DNA of 64,000 nt from Candidatus Aenigmatarchaeota archaeon (GTDB lineage Archaea; Aenigmatarchaeota; Aenigmatarchaeia; Aenigmatarchaeales; Aenigmatarchaeaceae), in NCBI GenBank assembly GCA_043802485.1, contig JAZDKZ010000005.1:1-64000 (forward strand), in the 5' to 3' direction. The notes beneath the pieces are model-generated. The model saw only the letters and a list, made by a program, of their open reading frames with translations. It ran no database searches and was not told the DNA's origin. Shown here in pieces: positions 18,319 to 27,904 of this stretch. Each line of letters opens with the position of its first letter. Position 1 is the stretch's first letter. A program made the position numbers and the translations under genes.

Positions 18319-18759
18319 ATGAGCAAAAAAGTTTTGCTGTTGGTAGGCGTTTTGACAATGGCGGCTCTGGCAGGGGCAGCCATATCCAGCTACGGTTCAA
18401 TAACAGGTTACGCTACGGTCGAGCAGGGGATAACGATAGACATATACGGTTCTTCAAACGACGAGACCTACACCTTGAGCTCTGTACACCAGGGAGAGAC
18501 TGTCTATTCGCCCAAGATCAAGTTGAAGAACAGCATAGACGGTGATGTCAATGTCAGCATAGTTTTCGAGATATTGCCTGGGAGTGCTGGCGACGAGGAG
18601 GACCTGACGTTCTCGATAGTCAACGAAGGCAAGAATGTGACCCTGACAAACCCAGTGACCATCCCGGAAGACGACCTCTACTTCTACATAGAACATAATT
18701 TCCAGCCCTATGCTGAGCTAGGGAACTATAGCTTCAGCGTGAATGTGATACCTGCCTAA
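18319..18759 (+). CDS. Secreted beta-sandwich protein
   Basis: N-terminal signal/TM followed by SITGYATV; N-glycosylation sequons. Confidence 0.75.
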   Translation: MSKKVLLLVGVLTMAALAGAAISSYGSITGYATVEQGITIDIYGSSNDETYTLSSVHQGETVYSPKIKLKNSIDGDVNVSIVFEILPGSAGDEEDLTFSIVNEGKNVTLTNPVTIPEDDLYFYIEHNFQPYAELGNYSFSVNVIPA

Positions 18760-18795
18760 TTTTTAATTTTTTAAATGGCAAATCAATAATAGATT

Positions 18796-18993
18796 ATGGC
18801 AAAAAGGAAGAGCAGCAAGAAAAGCACGCTCATGGGCAAGCATGTCAGGATAGTTGTGAACCTGGGCAACCTAACGATAAAATACGACGGAATTCTGAAA
18901 GAGCTTGATGACTGGGTTATTGTTGACACAAAAGAAGGCATAAAGCTCATAAACAAGAATGACTGTGTTCTGATAGAGGAATTCAAACCTTAA
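18796..18993 (+). CDS. Small Sm/LSm-like beta-barrel protein
   Basis: LMGKHVRIVV...YDGILKELDDWVIV...LINKNDCVLIE. Confidence 0.55.
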   Translation: MAKRKSSKKSTLMGKHVRIVVNLGNLTIKYDGILKELDDWVIVDTKEGIKLINKNDCVLIEEFKP

Positions 18994-19639
18994 AGTCTTT
19001 TTGTTTGTAGGCTCTGCAGAAACCCGAGAAAGGGCAGCTGTTCTTATCCTTCTTGCACACAGGATTTATAGGCTTACATATTTCTTTTCCAAAATTAACA
19101 AACCCTAAATTGATAATATACCATTTCTTTTTAGGAAACAACTCTTCCAGTTTCTGCTTGACCTGCTCCACATTGGCCTTCTTGTCAACTATTCCGATTC
19201 TTTTCGGCACTCGATTGCAGTGCGTGTCAACAGCAATGGACGGTATGCTGAAGCCGTACATCAGAACTATGTCAGCTGTCTTGGGTCCGACGCCATAAAG
19301 CCCCATCAGTTCATCCCTAGTTCTGGGAACTTTGCCATTGTACTTTTCGATGATGGTTTTGGTGGTTCTCTTTATTTTCTTGGCCTTCTGCTTGTACGGT
19401 CCAGATACTCTTATCAGTTTTTGTAATTTTCTCATGGGAAGCTTCATTATGTCTTTAGGTTTTCTGGCAACCGAAAACAAGCTTCGGGCTGCTTTCTCAG
19501 TGCTCTCGTCCCTGTTTCTCTGTGACAGGATAGTTCCTATCAGCAACTCGTATATTTCCTGGTTGCTGGATTTGGAGGTATCAATATACTTGTCGTATTC
19601 CTTCTCAAGAAATTTCAAAATAATCTCTGGTTTTTCCAT
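18983..19639 (-). CDS. nth: Endonuclease III (HhH-GPD, 4Fe-4S)
   Basis: ILSQRNRD, LYGVGPKTA, AVDTHCNRV, C-terminal Cys cluster. Confidence 0.93.
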   Translation of the reverse strand: MEKPEIILKFLEKEYDKYIDTSKSSNQEIYELLIGTILSQRNRDESTEKAARSLFSVARKPKDIMKLPMRKLQKLIRVSGPYKQKAKKIKRTTKTIIEKYNGKVPRTRDELMGLYGVGPKTADIVLMYGFSIPSIAVDTHCNRVPKRIGIVDKKANVEQVKQKLEELFPKKKWYIINLGFVNFGKEICKPINPVCKKDKNSCPFSGFCRAYKQKDFKV

Positions 19640-19720
19640 ATTATTATTTGCAATCGATTTTTTAATACTGAAGCGTTTTTAAAAACTTCAGAGAAGACTC
19701 TCTAATTAGAAGTGGGGGAA

Positions 19721-22525
19721 ATGGCAAACGTATTCGACATATTAGATAATAGGATAAAAGAGCTAGCAGTATCTCGATTCAAAGTTCCCACCCCTGTGCA
19801 GGAATTGGCCATACCAAAGGTCCTGGAAGGCAAAAATGTTCTGGTTATAGCTGAAACTGGTTCTGGCAAGACCGAATCGGTCATGCTCGGCCTGTTCAAC
19901 AACCTTATCAAGAAGGAGCATAAACCGATAGCTCTTCTATATCTAACGCCTATGAAGGCCCTTAACAGGGACCTAATGGACAGGCTGGTTTGGTGGTGCA
20001 GCAAGCTTGACTTGGACATTTCTGTTAGGCACGGCGACACAACACAGCACCAGAGGAAGCTGCAGGTCGAGCATCCGCCGCACATCATGATATCAACACC
20101 TGAGCAGATCGGGGCGATGCTGTCAGGCAAAAACCTTAGAGAGCTGCTGAAGAACATAAAGTACATTGTCATCGACGAGGTTCATGAGCTTGTGACAAGC
20201 AAGAGAGGAGTTCAATTAACACTTTCGTTAGAAAGGCTGAAAAGATACTGCGGCAATCCCCAGATAATAGCTCTGTCAGCTACAGTCGGCTCTCCAGAAC
20301 TGGCTGCCAAGTTCATCTTCTCGGACAACAAGCACGAGATTGTCAAAGCTATCACAGAGAAGGACATACAGATAAGGGTGGAGAGCCCGTACCCTGGCAA
20401 GCAGGACAAAATCATCGCAGAAAAGATATTCATAGGCGAGTCTGTTGTGGCAAGACTGAGAAGGATTTATGATTTGATAAACGAACACAAATCTGCTCTG
20501 ATATTTACAAACACGAGGGAAGCAGCTGAAATATTGTCTTCCAGGCTAAGGATGCTTGACGAGAATTTTCCCCACGAGATACACCATTCTTCGCTCAGCA
20601 AGGATGTCAGGATAAAAGCTGAGACTGGTTTTAAGGGAGAGGAGCTGAAAGCTCTGATAGCAACATCGAGCCTGGAGCTGGGAATCGACATAGGCAGTAT
20701 CGACTTGGTTCTTCAGTACATGTCGCCAAGACAGGTGTCAAAGATAACGCAAAGGGTAGGAAGGAGCGGCCACGGCGTTGGCAGGCTTTCAAAAGGCTTC
20801 ATAATCACAGGCGACGGTGACGACATATTCGAGTCGTCCGTCATATCGAGAAAGGCCTTGGCAGGAGAGCTTGAAAAGCTCAGAGTACATACAAAATCTC
20901 TGGATGTATTAACACAACAGATAATGGGGCTTTTGATAGAAAACTACAAGATGAACCCGAAGGAGATATACAAAACGTTTGTCAAGGCATACCCCTTCAA
21001 GGACATGACTGAGGATGAGTTTGATAGGTTGCTCAAATTCTTGGTTCAGCTAAGGCTCGTCTATTGGGACGAAGAGGTGAAGAGGAGCAGGAAGGCGTTC
21101 GAATATTATTTTGAAAATCTGTCTGTGATACCAGACCAAAAGAACTACAAAATAATCGACACAGCTTCCAACACCTTTGTTGGAACCTTGGACGAGGAAT
21201 TCATAGCAACGCACGGCAATGTCGGCTCCAGCTTTATTGTTAGAGGCAGACCTTGGAGGATAGTTGCTGTGGAGGATGACAAGGTGTTCGTGGAGAGGGA
21301 CAGTGACATTGAATCGTCTGTACCTGCGTGGGAGGGCGAGCTGATACCGGTCCAGTTCAATATCACGCAGGAAGTCGGGGAGCTTAGGAAGAGTATTGGT
21401 AACATGCTTGAAAAGAAATTAGACAGGAAGAGCATGGTTGCGAAAATCAAGGAGAAATATCCTGTGTCAACCCAAACTGCCACAAGAATGATAAAGCTGA
21501 TAGAGGAGCAGGTGAAAACACATCCTGTGCCTGACGGCGACAGCATCATTGTGGAAGGTTATCAGAACTATCTGGTATTGCACACGCTTTTTGGTTCGAT
21601 GGTCAACGAGACGCTTTCAAGGTTCCTGACATCGATACTGTCCGCAGAGCGCGGAGAGGTCATGACAAGCCGCGTGGACCCGTACAGGATAATATTAAGG
21701 GGAGCGTCGTTCGATGAGGTCAAGAGTATTCTAATGAAGTACAAGCCGGATGACATGGAGGTCATCCTCGAGAAGACCTTGCCCAGGTCTTCATTGTTCA
21801 AGTTCAGGTTCATACATGTTGCCAAAAGATTCGGCGCTATCAGCAGGAGGGCCAGCTTTGGCATGATAAACCTGGAAAGGCTAATCGACGCTTACTGGAA
21901 AACCCCTATATATGAGGAGACCTTCCACGAATTATTCACGGAAAAGCTTGACATGGAAAAGACAAAGGAGATTCTGAAAGACATCCAGAAAGGCAGGATA
22001 AAGATGAGCTATGTTGAGGGGCTGTCGCCCCTTGCCAAATTGGGCTTCAGGTACGAGCTGCAGGATGCGGTCAAGCCTGACAGACCGGAAAAGGAGATAT
22101 TCAAGCTATTCAGAAACAGGCTCATGAACACCAAGGTCAGACTATTGTGCATAAACTGCGGCGAGTACAGTCTTGCCGGCTGCGTGAATGACATTGAGGA
22201 CGAGCCAAAATGCGGGAAATGCCGCTCAAAGCTCATAGCCGTGACAAAGCACCACAGGCTGGAAAACCAGAAGATTGTCAAAAAATGGCTCAAGGGTAAG
22301 GAGCTTGACAACGACGAAAAGGTAAGGCTTGATACAATAAAAAAGTCAGCAGATTTGTGCATAGTGTACGGCAAGCTGGCCTGTATCGTGCTGGCAGGCA
22401 GGGGTGTCGGACCGTCCACGGCCTTCAGGATACTTTCAAAACCGAGGAAGGAAGAGGAAGACTTGCTAAAGTACATCCTAGAGGCAGAGCGGCAGTTCAT
22501 AAAGAACAAAAGATTCTGGCAATAA
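19721..22525 (+). CDS. lhr: Lhr-like SF2 helicase
   Basis: AETGSGKT, VRHGDT, IDEVHE, LSATVG, ATSSLELGIDIG, QRVGRSGH, PAWEGE, C-terminal CxxC..CxxC. Confidence 0.95.
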   Translation: MANVFDILDNRIKELAVSRFKVPTPVQELAIPKVLEGKNVLVIAETGSGKTESVMLGLFNNLIKKEHKPIALLYLTPMKALNRDLMDRLVWWCSKLDLDISVRHGDTTQHQRKLQVEHPPHIMISTPEQIGAMLSGKNLRELLKNIKYIVIDEVHELVTSKRGVQLTLSLERLKRYCGNPQIIALSATVGSPELAAKFIFSDNKHEIVKAITEKDIQIRVESPYPGKQDKIIAEKIFIGESVVARLRRIYDLINEHKSALIFTNTREAAEILSSRLRMLDENFPHEIHHSSLSKDVRIKAETGFKGEELKALIATSSLELGIDIGSIDLVLQYMSPRQVSKITQRVGRSGHGVGRLSKGFIITGDGDDIFESSVISRKALAGELEKLRVHTKSLDVLTQQIMGLLIENYKMNPKEIYKTFVKAYPFKDMTEDEFDRLLKFLVQLRLVYWDEEVKRSRKAFEYYFENLSVIPDQKNYKIIDTASNTFVGTLDEEFIATHGNVGSSFIVRGRPWRIVAVEDDKVFVERDSDIESSVPAWEGELIPVQFNITQEVGELRKSIGNMLEKKLDRKSMVAKIKEKYPVSTQTATRMIKLIEEQVKTHPVPDGDSIIVEGYQNYLVLHTLFGSMVNETLSRFLTSILSAERGEVMTSRVDPYRIILRGASFDEVKSILMKYKPDDMEVILEKTLPRSSLFKFRFIHVAKRFGAISRRASFGMINLERLIDAYWKTPIYEETFHELFTEKLDMEKTKEILKDIQKGRIKMSYVEGLSPLAKLGFRYELQDAVKPDRPEKEIFKLFRNRLMNTKVRLLCINCGEYSLAGCVNDIEDEPKCGKCRSKLIAVTKHHRLENQKIVKKWLKGKELDNDEKVRLDTIKKSADLCIVYGKLACIVLAGRGVGPSTAFRILSKPRKEEEDLLKYILEAERQFIKNKRFWQ

Positions 22526-22660
22526 GCCCTATTCATTTGACTTGTTATTCGTAGAAATAATTTGACACGACCCAAATAAAAGCAATGCCTCTGACGCACA
22601 AAGAAAAATAGAATAAAATATAAAAAAATCTAAAAATTCCGGTCAGTCGCTATCGCTATA

Positions 22661-23188
22661 TTATGTTACCCAGATAGTCCAAGTAACATTTATTTGGTCA
22701 GCATTTTGCAATGAAACATTTGTGAATGTGTTGTACGCGAACATTGTGTTGTTTGTTGGGAAGGTTGCATTGAACAAAGCGGTTGTGTTAATAAATCCAA
22801 CAGCGCCTGATGCTGTGAACGTCTTTGTTATTGACCAATTTCCTGTGCCGACAGAGTTGAATGTACCCAGTGCTCTGCCAAGACTAGCTTCGCCTATCTC
22901 TTGAGCCAAATTTGTCGAGCCTGCTCCTGGTGTGGAACCGTTTCCTAAAGCTATATAGTTAAAAGCTGCTCCAGCCGTACCACTGCCTAACAGATCCTTG
23001 ATAGCGTTCTTGCCAGCATCGGTCAAGGCGTTCTCACTACATTCAATCATTTCGCCGTTCTTGTAGATACAGACCATAGAGTTGTATTCCAATCCTTGGT
23101 TCTGAGACGCAATTTGGACGCCTGGCATCATTGTTGCCAACAAAGCAACTGACATCAAAACTATCCCTAAAATGTATACTTTTTTCAT
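22661..23188 (-). CDS. Secreted protein with phage tail/baseplate-like domain
   Basis: Signal peptide; LTDAGKNAIKDLL...FNYIALGNG...TNLAQEI...ALFNA...INVTWTI pattern; GAGGT SD. Confidence 0.65.
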   Translation of the reverse strand: MKKVYILGIVLMSVALLATMMPGVQIASQNQGLEYNSMVCIYKNGEMIECSENALTDAGKNAIKDLLGSGTAGAAFNYIALGNGSTPGAGSTNLAQEIGEASLGRALGTFNSVGTGNWSITKTFTASGAVGFINTTALFNATFPTNNTMFAYNTFTNVSLQNADQINVTWTIWVT

Positions 23189-23198
23189 GTTATTACCT

Positions 23199-23687
23199 CT
23201 ATTTTCTTAATTTATATTCTAGATACATGACTAATAAACCTATCACAATGCTCGAAGCATCGCCTGAAAGTATGTACGCTAACAGTGTAAAGAGCATTCC
23301 CCACACGATAGGCATAACTATTTTCTTCCAGTCAAAATTACTTGATTTTTTAGCCATTTTTTCACCTCTCCTCTTTTTGTTATATTTGACTTCTTGTATA
23401 ATAAAGATTACGGTTAGTATCATAATGAAATAGCTGAATATCTCATGGAATATCCCTATTTCTCCGAACAGGGCGCTGTAGACAGGGAGTCTCACAGTGC
23501 CGAAAAAATAGGTCCTTGACACAGAAACTGATACAATGTCCCCCATGCCCAGGGTCTGGGCAGTGCCGCCAGACATGCTTTGGCTGACCTGGCTGACAGA
23601 AGCTGGTATCTGGGATATGAAGTTGATGAAAAGGACATATGCTATTATCAGAACAGGTATAAGCAGGAACTTTTTCACATTCACCAT
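23199..23687 (-). CDS. Membrane protein with probable second in-frame start at 23357
   Basis: Several TM segments; internal GAGGTGA SD before MAKKSS. Confidence 0.65.
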   Translation of the reverse strand: MVNVKKFLLIPVLIIAYVLFINFISQIPASVSQVSQSMSGGTAQTLGMGDIVSVSVSRTYFFGTVRLPVYSALFGEIGIFHEIFSYFIMILTVIFIIQEVKYNKKRRGEKMAKKSSNFDWKKIVMPIVWGMLFTLLAYILSGDASSIVIGLLVMYLEYKLRK

Positions 23688-23766
23688 ACAAATTGATTTC
23701 TGCTTCCCGGTATAAAAATATATCTCAAGCCCTGATTTTTTAATTCTGGAAACCAACTCATATATT

Positions 23767-26157
23767 ATGAAGCTGTATCTGTTGGATGCAGACTATTTTG
23801 ACGAGAACAATAGGTCTGTCATAAGGCTTTTCTGCAAGGATTCGAAAGGTGGGACAGTGGTTGCCTTGGATTATGACTTCTACCCATACTTCTATGTGTT
23901 GCCTAAGAAAGGCAAGATGAAGGAGCTGAAAAAAAGGATTGAAGGCATACAGTCTGTGAAGATCAAGGGAACTGAAATAGTCAAGAAAACCCTTGAAGCC
24001 GAGCAAAAGCTTGTCAAGGTTTACTGCTATCTAGCAAGTGACATCTCAAAGGCAAGGGACATAATAAAGGCCTGGAGGGATTTGGTCGATGGCTCTTACG
24101 AATATTCATTGAACTTCTACAAAAGGTACCTCATAGACAAGGGCATTGAAGGCTGGATAGATGTTGAGGGCAAAGAAGTGAAGAAAAGTTATCAGGCTGT
24201 CAAGATTGTCAGAATAAGCAAGCTGGAAGCTTTGGATGAAAACGACCTGCCCAAGCTAAAGCTTATGGCATTTGACACAGAGACCATAGACGAGGGCGGC
24301 AAGCAGAAGCTGATAATGATATCATTAAAGTCAGATAGTTTTGAAAGGGTTCTGACCTACAAGAAAGGCAAGGGTAAGTTCTTGGAGGTTCTTGAGAGCG
24401 AAGAAAGGCTTCTAGAAAGGTTCGTGGAGCTTGTCAATGAACAGGACCCTGACATACTGTTTGGCTACAACACAGACGAGTTCGACTTCCAGGTCCTCAG
24501 GGACAGGGCAGACGCTTACCCCAACTTCAAGCTGGTGCTTTCAAGAGACGGCTCAAGAATGAAGTTCTCCAGAAGGGCCAGAGTCTCCACAGCCAAGCTG
24601 AACGGAAGGGTCCACATAGACCTTTTCCAGTTCATCAGAACAGTGCTGTCACCGCAGCTGCAGACAGAGGTGCTCACCCTAGACGCGGTTTCATCAGAAC
24701 TGCTGAACGACAAGAAGATCGAGAAAGATTATGCAGAGATTAATGATGCTTGGAAAAAAGGAAAGGGAATCGGAAAGCTGGCAGAATATTGCCTGAAGGA
24801 CTCGGAACTTGCATTAAATCTAGGAAAGTTCATGCTTCCCCAGATTTATCAGCTGGCAAAGCTTTCCGGCCAGCTGCTGTTTGACGCCTCGAGGATGACC
24901 TACTCCCAGCTGGTGGAAGGCTATCTTTCCAAAAAGGCGTTCGCAATGAACATGATAATTCCCAACCAACCCAAGTGGTCAGACGTCCAGGAAAGAAGGA
25001 ACTATTCTCCCTATGTAGGAGGCTTTGTCAAGGAACCTATAGGAGGCCTGCATGACGACATAGCTGTGCTGGATTTCAGGAGCCTTTATCCGTCGATAAT
25101 AGCCACCTTCAATATATCACCTGAAACCTTCAACTGCTCCTGCTGCAAAAAGAACGGCTTCCAAGTTCCTGATAGAGATTATTGGTTCTGTAAAAAGAGG
25201 AAAGGTTTTGTCTCTTCTGTGATAAGGGAACTGATAGAAAGAAGGGAGAGAACAAAGGAAAGGATGAAGACTGGCTCTGACCACAACGGTCTGGACAACG
25301 AGCAGTTTGCTGTCAAGACGGTCGCAAATGCAACATACGGCTATTTCGGCTTCCCTGGCTCGAAATGGTACTGCAGGGAATGCGCTGACTCTTCTGCTGC
25401 TTTCGGGAGGTTCTACATCAAAAAAGTCATTGAAGAGGGGGTGAAGGAAGGCTTTGAGGTCATATACGCTGACACTGACTCCATGTTTGTGAAGAGTAAT
25501 GGCGACCTGAAAAGAAAGGTGAACGCCTTCCTGAAGAAGACGAACAAGATACTTCCAGGAATATTGAAGCTGGAATTACAGGGCATCTATAGGAGGGGTA
25601 TATTCATACCAAGAGGGGTCGGTCCAGGAACTGCCAAGAAGAGGTACGCTTTGATAGACAGGAAAGGCGTGTTGACGATAAGGGGCTTGGAAAAGGTAAG
25701 GAAGGACTGGAGCAATGTCGCCAAGGACACACAGGAGCAGGTGCTAAAGCTGATCCTGGAAAAGAAGGATGTTGACGGTTCGGTAAAATATGTAAGAAAT
25801 GTCATCAGGAATCTTAGAAACGGAAAGATTCCTCTCAAGGACCTGATAATCATCGAGCAGCTAACAAAGCCGTTGTCAGAATACAGGTTAAAAAGTCCTC
25901 ATGTAGTTGCCGCGCAAAAGATAAAGGAAAGGGGGCGTCCCATAGGAGCAGGCATGCCCATACTTTTCGTTATAACAAAAGGCAAAGGATCAATATCCGA
26001 CAGGGCCGAGCCTTTCGAGGACGCTGCCTTGAAGGACATTGACAACAGCTATTATATCTCAAATCAGATTGTCCCGGCCGCCCTGAGGGTCCTGACTGTC
26101 CTGGGCGTGACAGAGCAGGACTTGCTGGGCGAAAGCCTGAAGAGCTTTCTGAAATAA
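23767..26157 (+). CDS. polB: Family B DNA polymerase (archaeal)
   Basis: AFDTET, GYNTDEFD, YCLKDS exonuclease motifs; DFRSLYPSII, KTVANATYGY, YADTDS, KKRY. Confidence 0.97.
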   Translation: MKLYLLDADYFDENNRSVIRLFCKDSKGGTVVALDYDFYPYFYVLPKKGKMKELKKRIEGIQSVKIKGTEIVKKTLEAEQKLVKVYCYLASDISKARDIIKAWRDLVDGSYEYSLNFYKRYLIDKGIEGWIDVEGKEVKKSYQAVKIVRISKLEALDENDLPKLKLMAFDTETIDEGGKQKLIMISLKSDSFERVLTYKKGKGKFLEVLESEERLLERFVELVNEQDPDILFGYNTDEFDFQVLRDRADAYPNFKLVLSRDGSRMKFSRRARVSTAKLNGRVHIDLFQFIRTVLSPQLQTEVLTLDAVSSELLNDKKIEKDYAEINDAWKKGKGIGKLAEYCLKDSELALNLGKFMLPQIYQLAKLSGQLLFDASRMTYSQLVEGYLSKKAFAMNMIIPNQPKWSDVQERRNYSPYVGGFVKEPIGGLHDDIAVLDFRSLYPSIIATFNISPETFNCSCCKKNGFQVPDRDYWFCKKRKGFVSSVIRELIERRERTKERMKTGSDHNGLDNEQFAVKTVANATYGYFGFPGSKWYCRECADSSAAFGRFYIKKVIEEGVKEGFEVIYADTDSMFVKSNGDLKRKVNAFLKKTNKILPGILKLELQGIYRRGIFIPRGVGPGTAKKRYALIDRKGVLTIRGLEKVRKDWSNVAKDTQEQVLKLILEKKDVDGSVKYVRNVIRNLRNGKIPLKDLIIIEQLTKPLSEYRLKSPHVVAAQKIKERGRPIGAGMPILFVITKGKGSISDRAEPFEDAALKDIDNSYYISNQIVPAALRVLTVLGVTEQDLLGESLKSFLK

Positions 26158-26195
26158 TAAGAACCGGTTTTCCCATAAGATGTTAAAGTGTTTGG

Positions 26196-26528
26196 ATGAA
26201 AATCAGGATAAAAAACAGGGTAATAGAAGCAGAGGTTGCAGACAACCTTTTCAAGAGAATGATGGGCCTGAGCTTCTCCAGAAGGAAGAACATGTTCTTT
26301 CCCATGGAATTCGAGTCCAGATGGTCCCTGTGGATGTTTGCTGTAAAGTATCCGTTGAAGATGATATTCATAGACAAGAAAAAAAGAGTAGTTGACATAA
26401 AGAACGGGATGCCCATAACATCGGACCCGGAGACGTGGAAAACTTACACGCCATCTGAACCGTGCAAATATATTCTGGAGACGCCGTTTGTTTTGGATGT
26501 TAAAGTCGGAGACATGCTAAGCTGGTAG
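26196..26528 (+). CDS. DUF192 family protein
   Basis: EVADNLFKRMMGLSF, WMFAVKYPLKMIFID, KYILE. Confidence 0.88.
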   Translation: MKIRIKNRVIEAEVADNLFKRMMGLSFSRRKNMFFPMEFESRWSLWMFAVKYPLKMIFIDKKKRVVDIKNGMPITSDPETWKTYTPSEPCKYILETPFVLDVKVGDMLSW

Positions 26529-26530
26529 CA

Positions 26531-27010
26531 ATGACAAAGGTCTTCATTGGAAAAACGGAGAGTAAGGGTAGAGGCCTTTTTGTAAAAGCAGACATCAAAA
26601 AATACGAAAGAATTTTTTCTTTCAATGGAAAGAAAACAAAGGCTTCTTACGATTCCAACTATACAATCGGAAGCAGGTGGCTTGGAATAGGCAGATTTAC
26701 ATGGCTTGCTGTTTCTAGCAAAAACCCTGGTTATTACATAAATCATTCCTGCAAACCAAATGCTGGTTTGAAGGGCGTACTTACAGTGGTTGCAATGCGC
26801 AACATAAAAAAAGGTGAGGAAATAACGATAGACTATTCAACAACAGAAGAAGATCCTTATTGGAAAATGGTATGCAGATGCGGGGAGAAAAAATGCAGAA
26901 AGACGATAAGAAACATACAGTTTATTCCAAAAAAGTCGTTTAGAAAATATAAGGAATTTATACAAGTTTTTCCAAAGGGCTTACCTAAAACATGCTGGCA
27001 AGTCCCCTAA
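26531..27010 (+). CDS. SET-domain lysine methyltransferase with post-SET Cys cluster
   Basis: KGRGLF, YINHSCKPN, GEEITIDY, CRCGEKKCR. Confidence 0.93.
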   Translation: MTKVFIGKTESKGRGLFVKADIKKYERIFSFNGKKTKASYDSNYTIGSRWLGIGRFTWLAVSSKNPGYYINHSCKPNAGLKGVLTVVAMRNIKKGEEITIDYSTTEEDPYWKMVCRCGEKKCRKTIRNIQFIPKKSFRKYKEFIQVFPKGLPKTCWQVP

Positions 27011-27124
27011 ACCTTTATGATGCCTTACGCAGAGGCAGCAGACGCCGTGCCTCTCACAAGAAGTGTAGGTGCACGGACAGTCCTCTTCGTTCTTTTTCTG
27101 ATTGGAACATTTTTCTCTGGACAT
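26981..27124 (-). CDS. Small Cys/His-rich protein (DUF6485-like, 47 aa), not in ORF track
   Basis: Manual translation MSREKCSNQKKNEEDCPCTYTSCERHGVCCLCVRHHKGLGDLPACFR. Confidence 0.75.
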   Translation of the reverse strand: MSREKCSNQKKNEEDCPCTYTSCERHGVCCLCVRHHKGLGDLPACFR

Positions 27125-27165
27125 GATATCTTGAATATAAATATTGTCAGCCAAATAAAAGTCTT

Positions 27166-27900
27166 ATGGAATCCGATAAAGTAAAGGAACTCGTTAAGAA
27201 GCGTTATTCCGAAATAGCGAAAGGTAAAGTGTGTTGCAGCTGTAAAAGCTGTAACAATGATGTGTCAAAATCAATCGGTTATTCTGACGACGAATTGAAG
27301 AATTTCTCTGAAGCTAACATGGGGCTTGGCTGCGGCAGTCCGACCGCGCTGGGAAGGCTAAAGGAAGGTGATACTGTTCTTGATTTGGGAAGCGGGGCAG
27401 GACTGGACTGCTTCCTAGCAGCCAAAAAGGTCGGCAACAGTGGAAGAGTTATAGGAGTTGACATGACAGAGGAGATGATAAATAAAGCCAGGGGAAACGC
27501 TGAAAAATACGGCTTTAGTAATGTGGAATTCATGCTCGGAGAAATAGAGAACCTTCCGTTAGAAGACCTATCGGTGGACGTGATAATAAGCAACTGTGTG
27601 ATAAACCTGTCGCCGAACAAGGACAAGGTTTTCGGAGAGGCCTATCGCGTCCTCAGGAAAGGTGGACGCTTGTTCGTATCTGATATAGTATTACTAGAGG
27701 AGTTGTCTGAGGAACAGAAGAACAATGTTGACCTGCTTACAGGATGTGTTGCAGGCGCACTTATGAAAGATGATTATATGAGAAGAATAAAGGATGCCGG
27801 CTTCTCTGTGGGTATAATAAAGGAAAATAAAAGCATAAGCAAGGAACAGTATAATGGAATAGCATTGGAAAGTTTAGGTATTGAAGCCACAAAGGATTGA
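27166..27900 (+). CDS. arsM: Arsenite methyltransferase
   Basis: VKKRY...CC, GLGCGSP, LDLGSGAGLD, ISNCVINL, GCVAGAL. Confidence 0.92.
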   Translation: MESDKVKELVKKRYSEIAKGKVCCSCKSCNNDVSKSIGYSDDELKNFSEANMGLGCGSPTALGRLKEGDTVLDLGSGAGLDCFLAAKKVGNSGRVIGVDMTEEMINKARGNAEKYGFSNVEFMLGEIENLPLEDLSVDVIISNCVINLSPNKDKVFGEAYRVLRKGGRLFVSDIVLLEELSEEQKNNVDLLTGCVAGALMKDDYMRRIKDAGFSVGIIKENKSISKEQYNGIALESLGIEATKD

Positions 27901-27904
27901 TAAC

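Noticed and set aside
19010..19085. Endonuclease III Fe-S motif spacing Cx6Cx6Cx5C
   Set aside because: Small loop insertion with all four Cys retained; minor variant
26950..27010. Frameshift near the SET gene 3' end
   Set aside because: Catalytic and post-SET motifs are complete; the odd tail is explained by overlap with the antisense mini-gene
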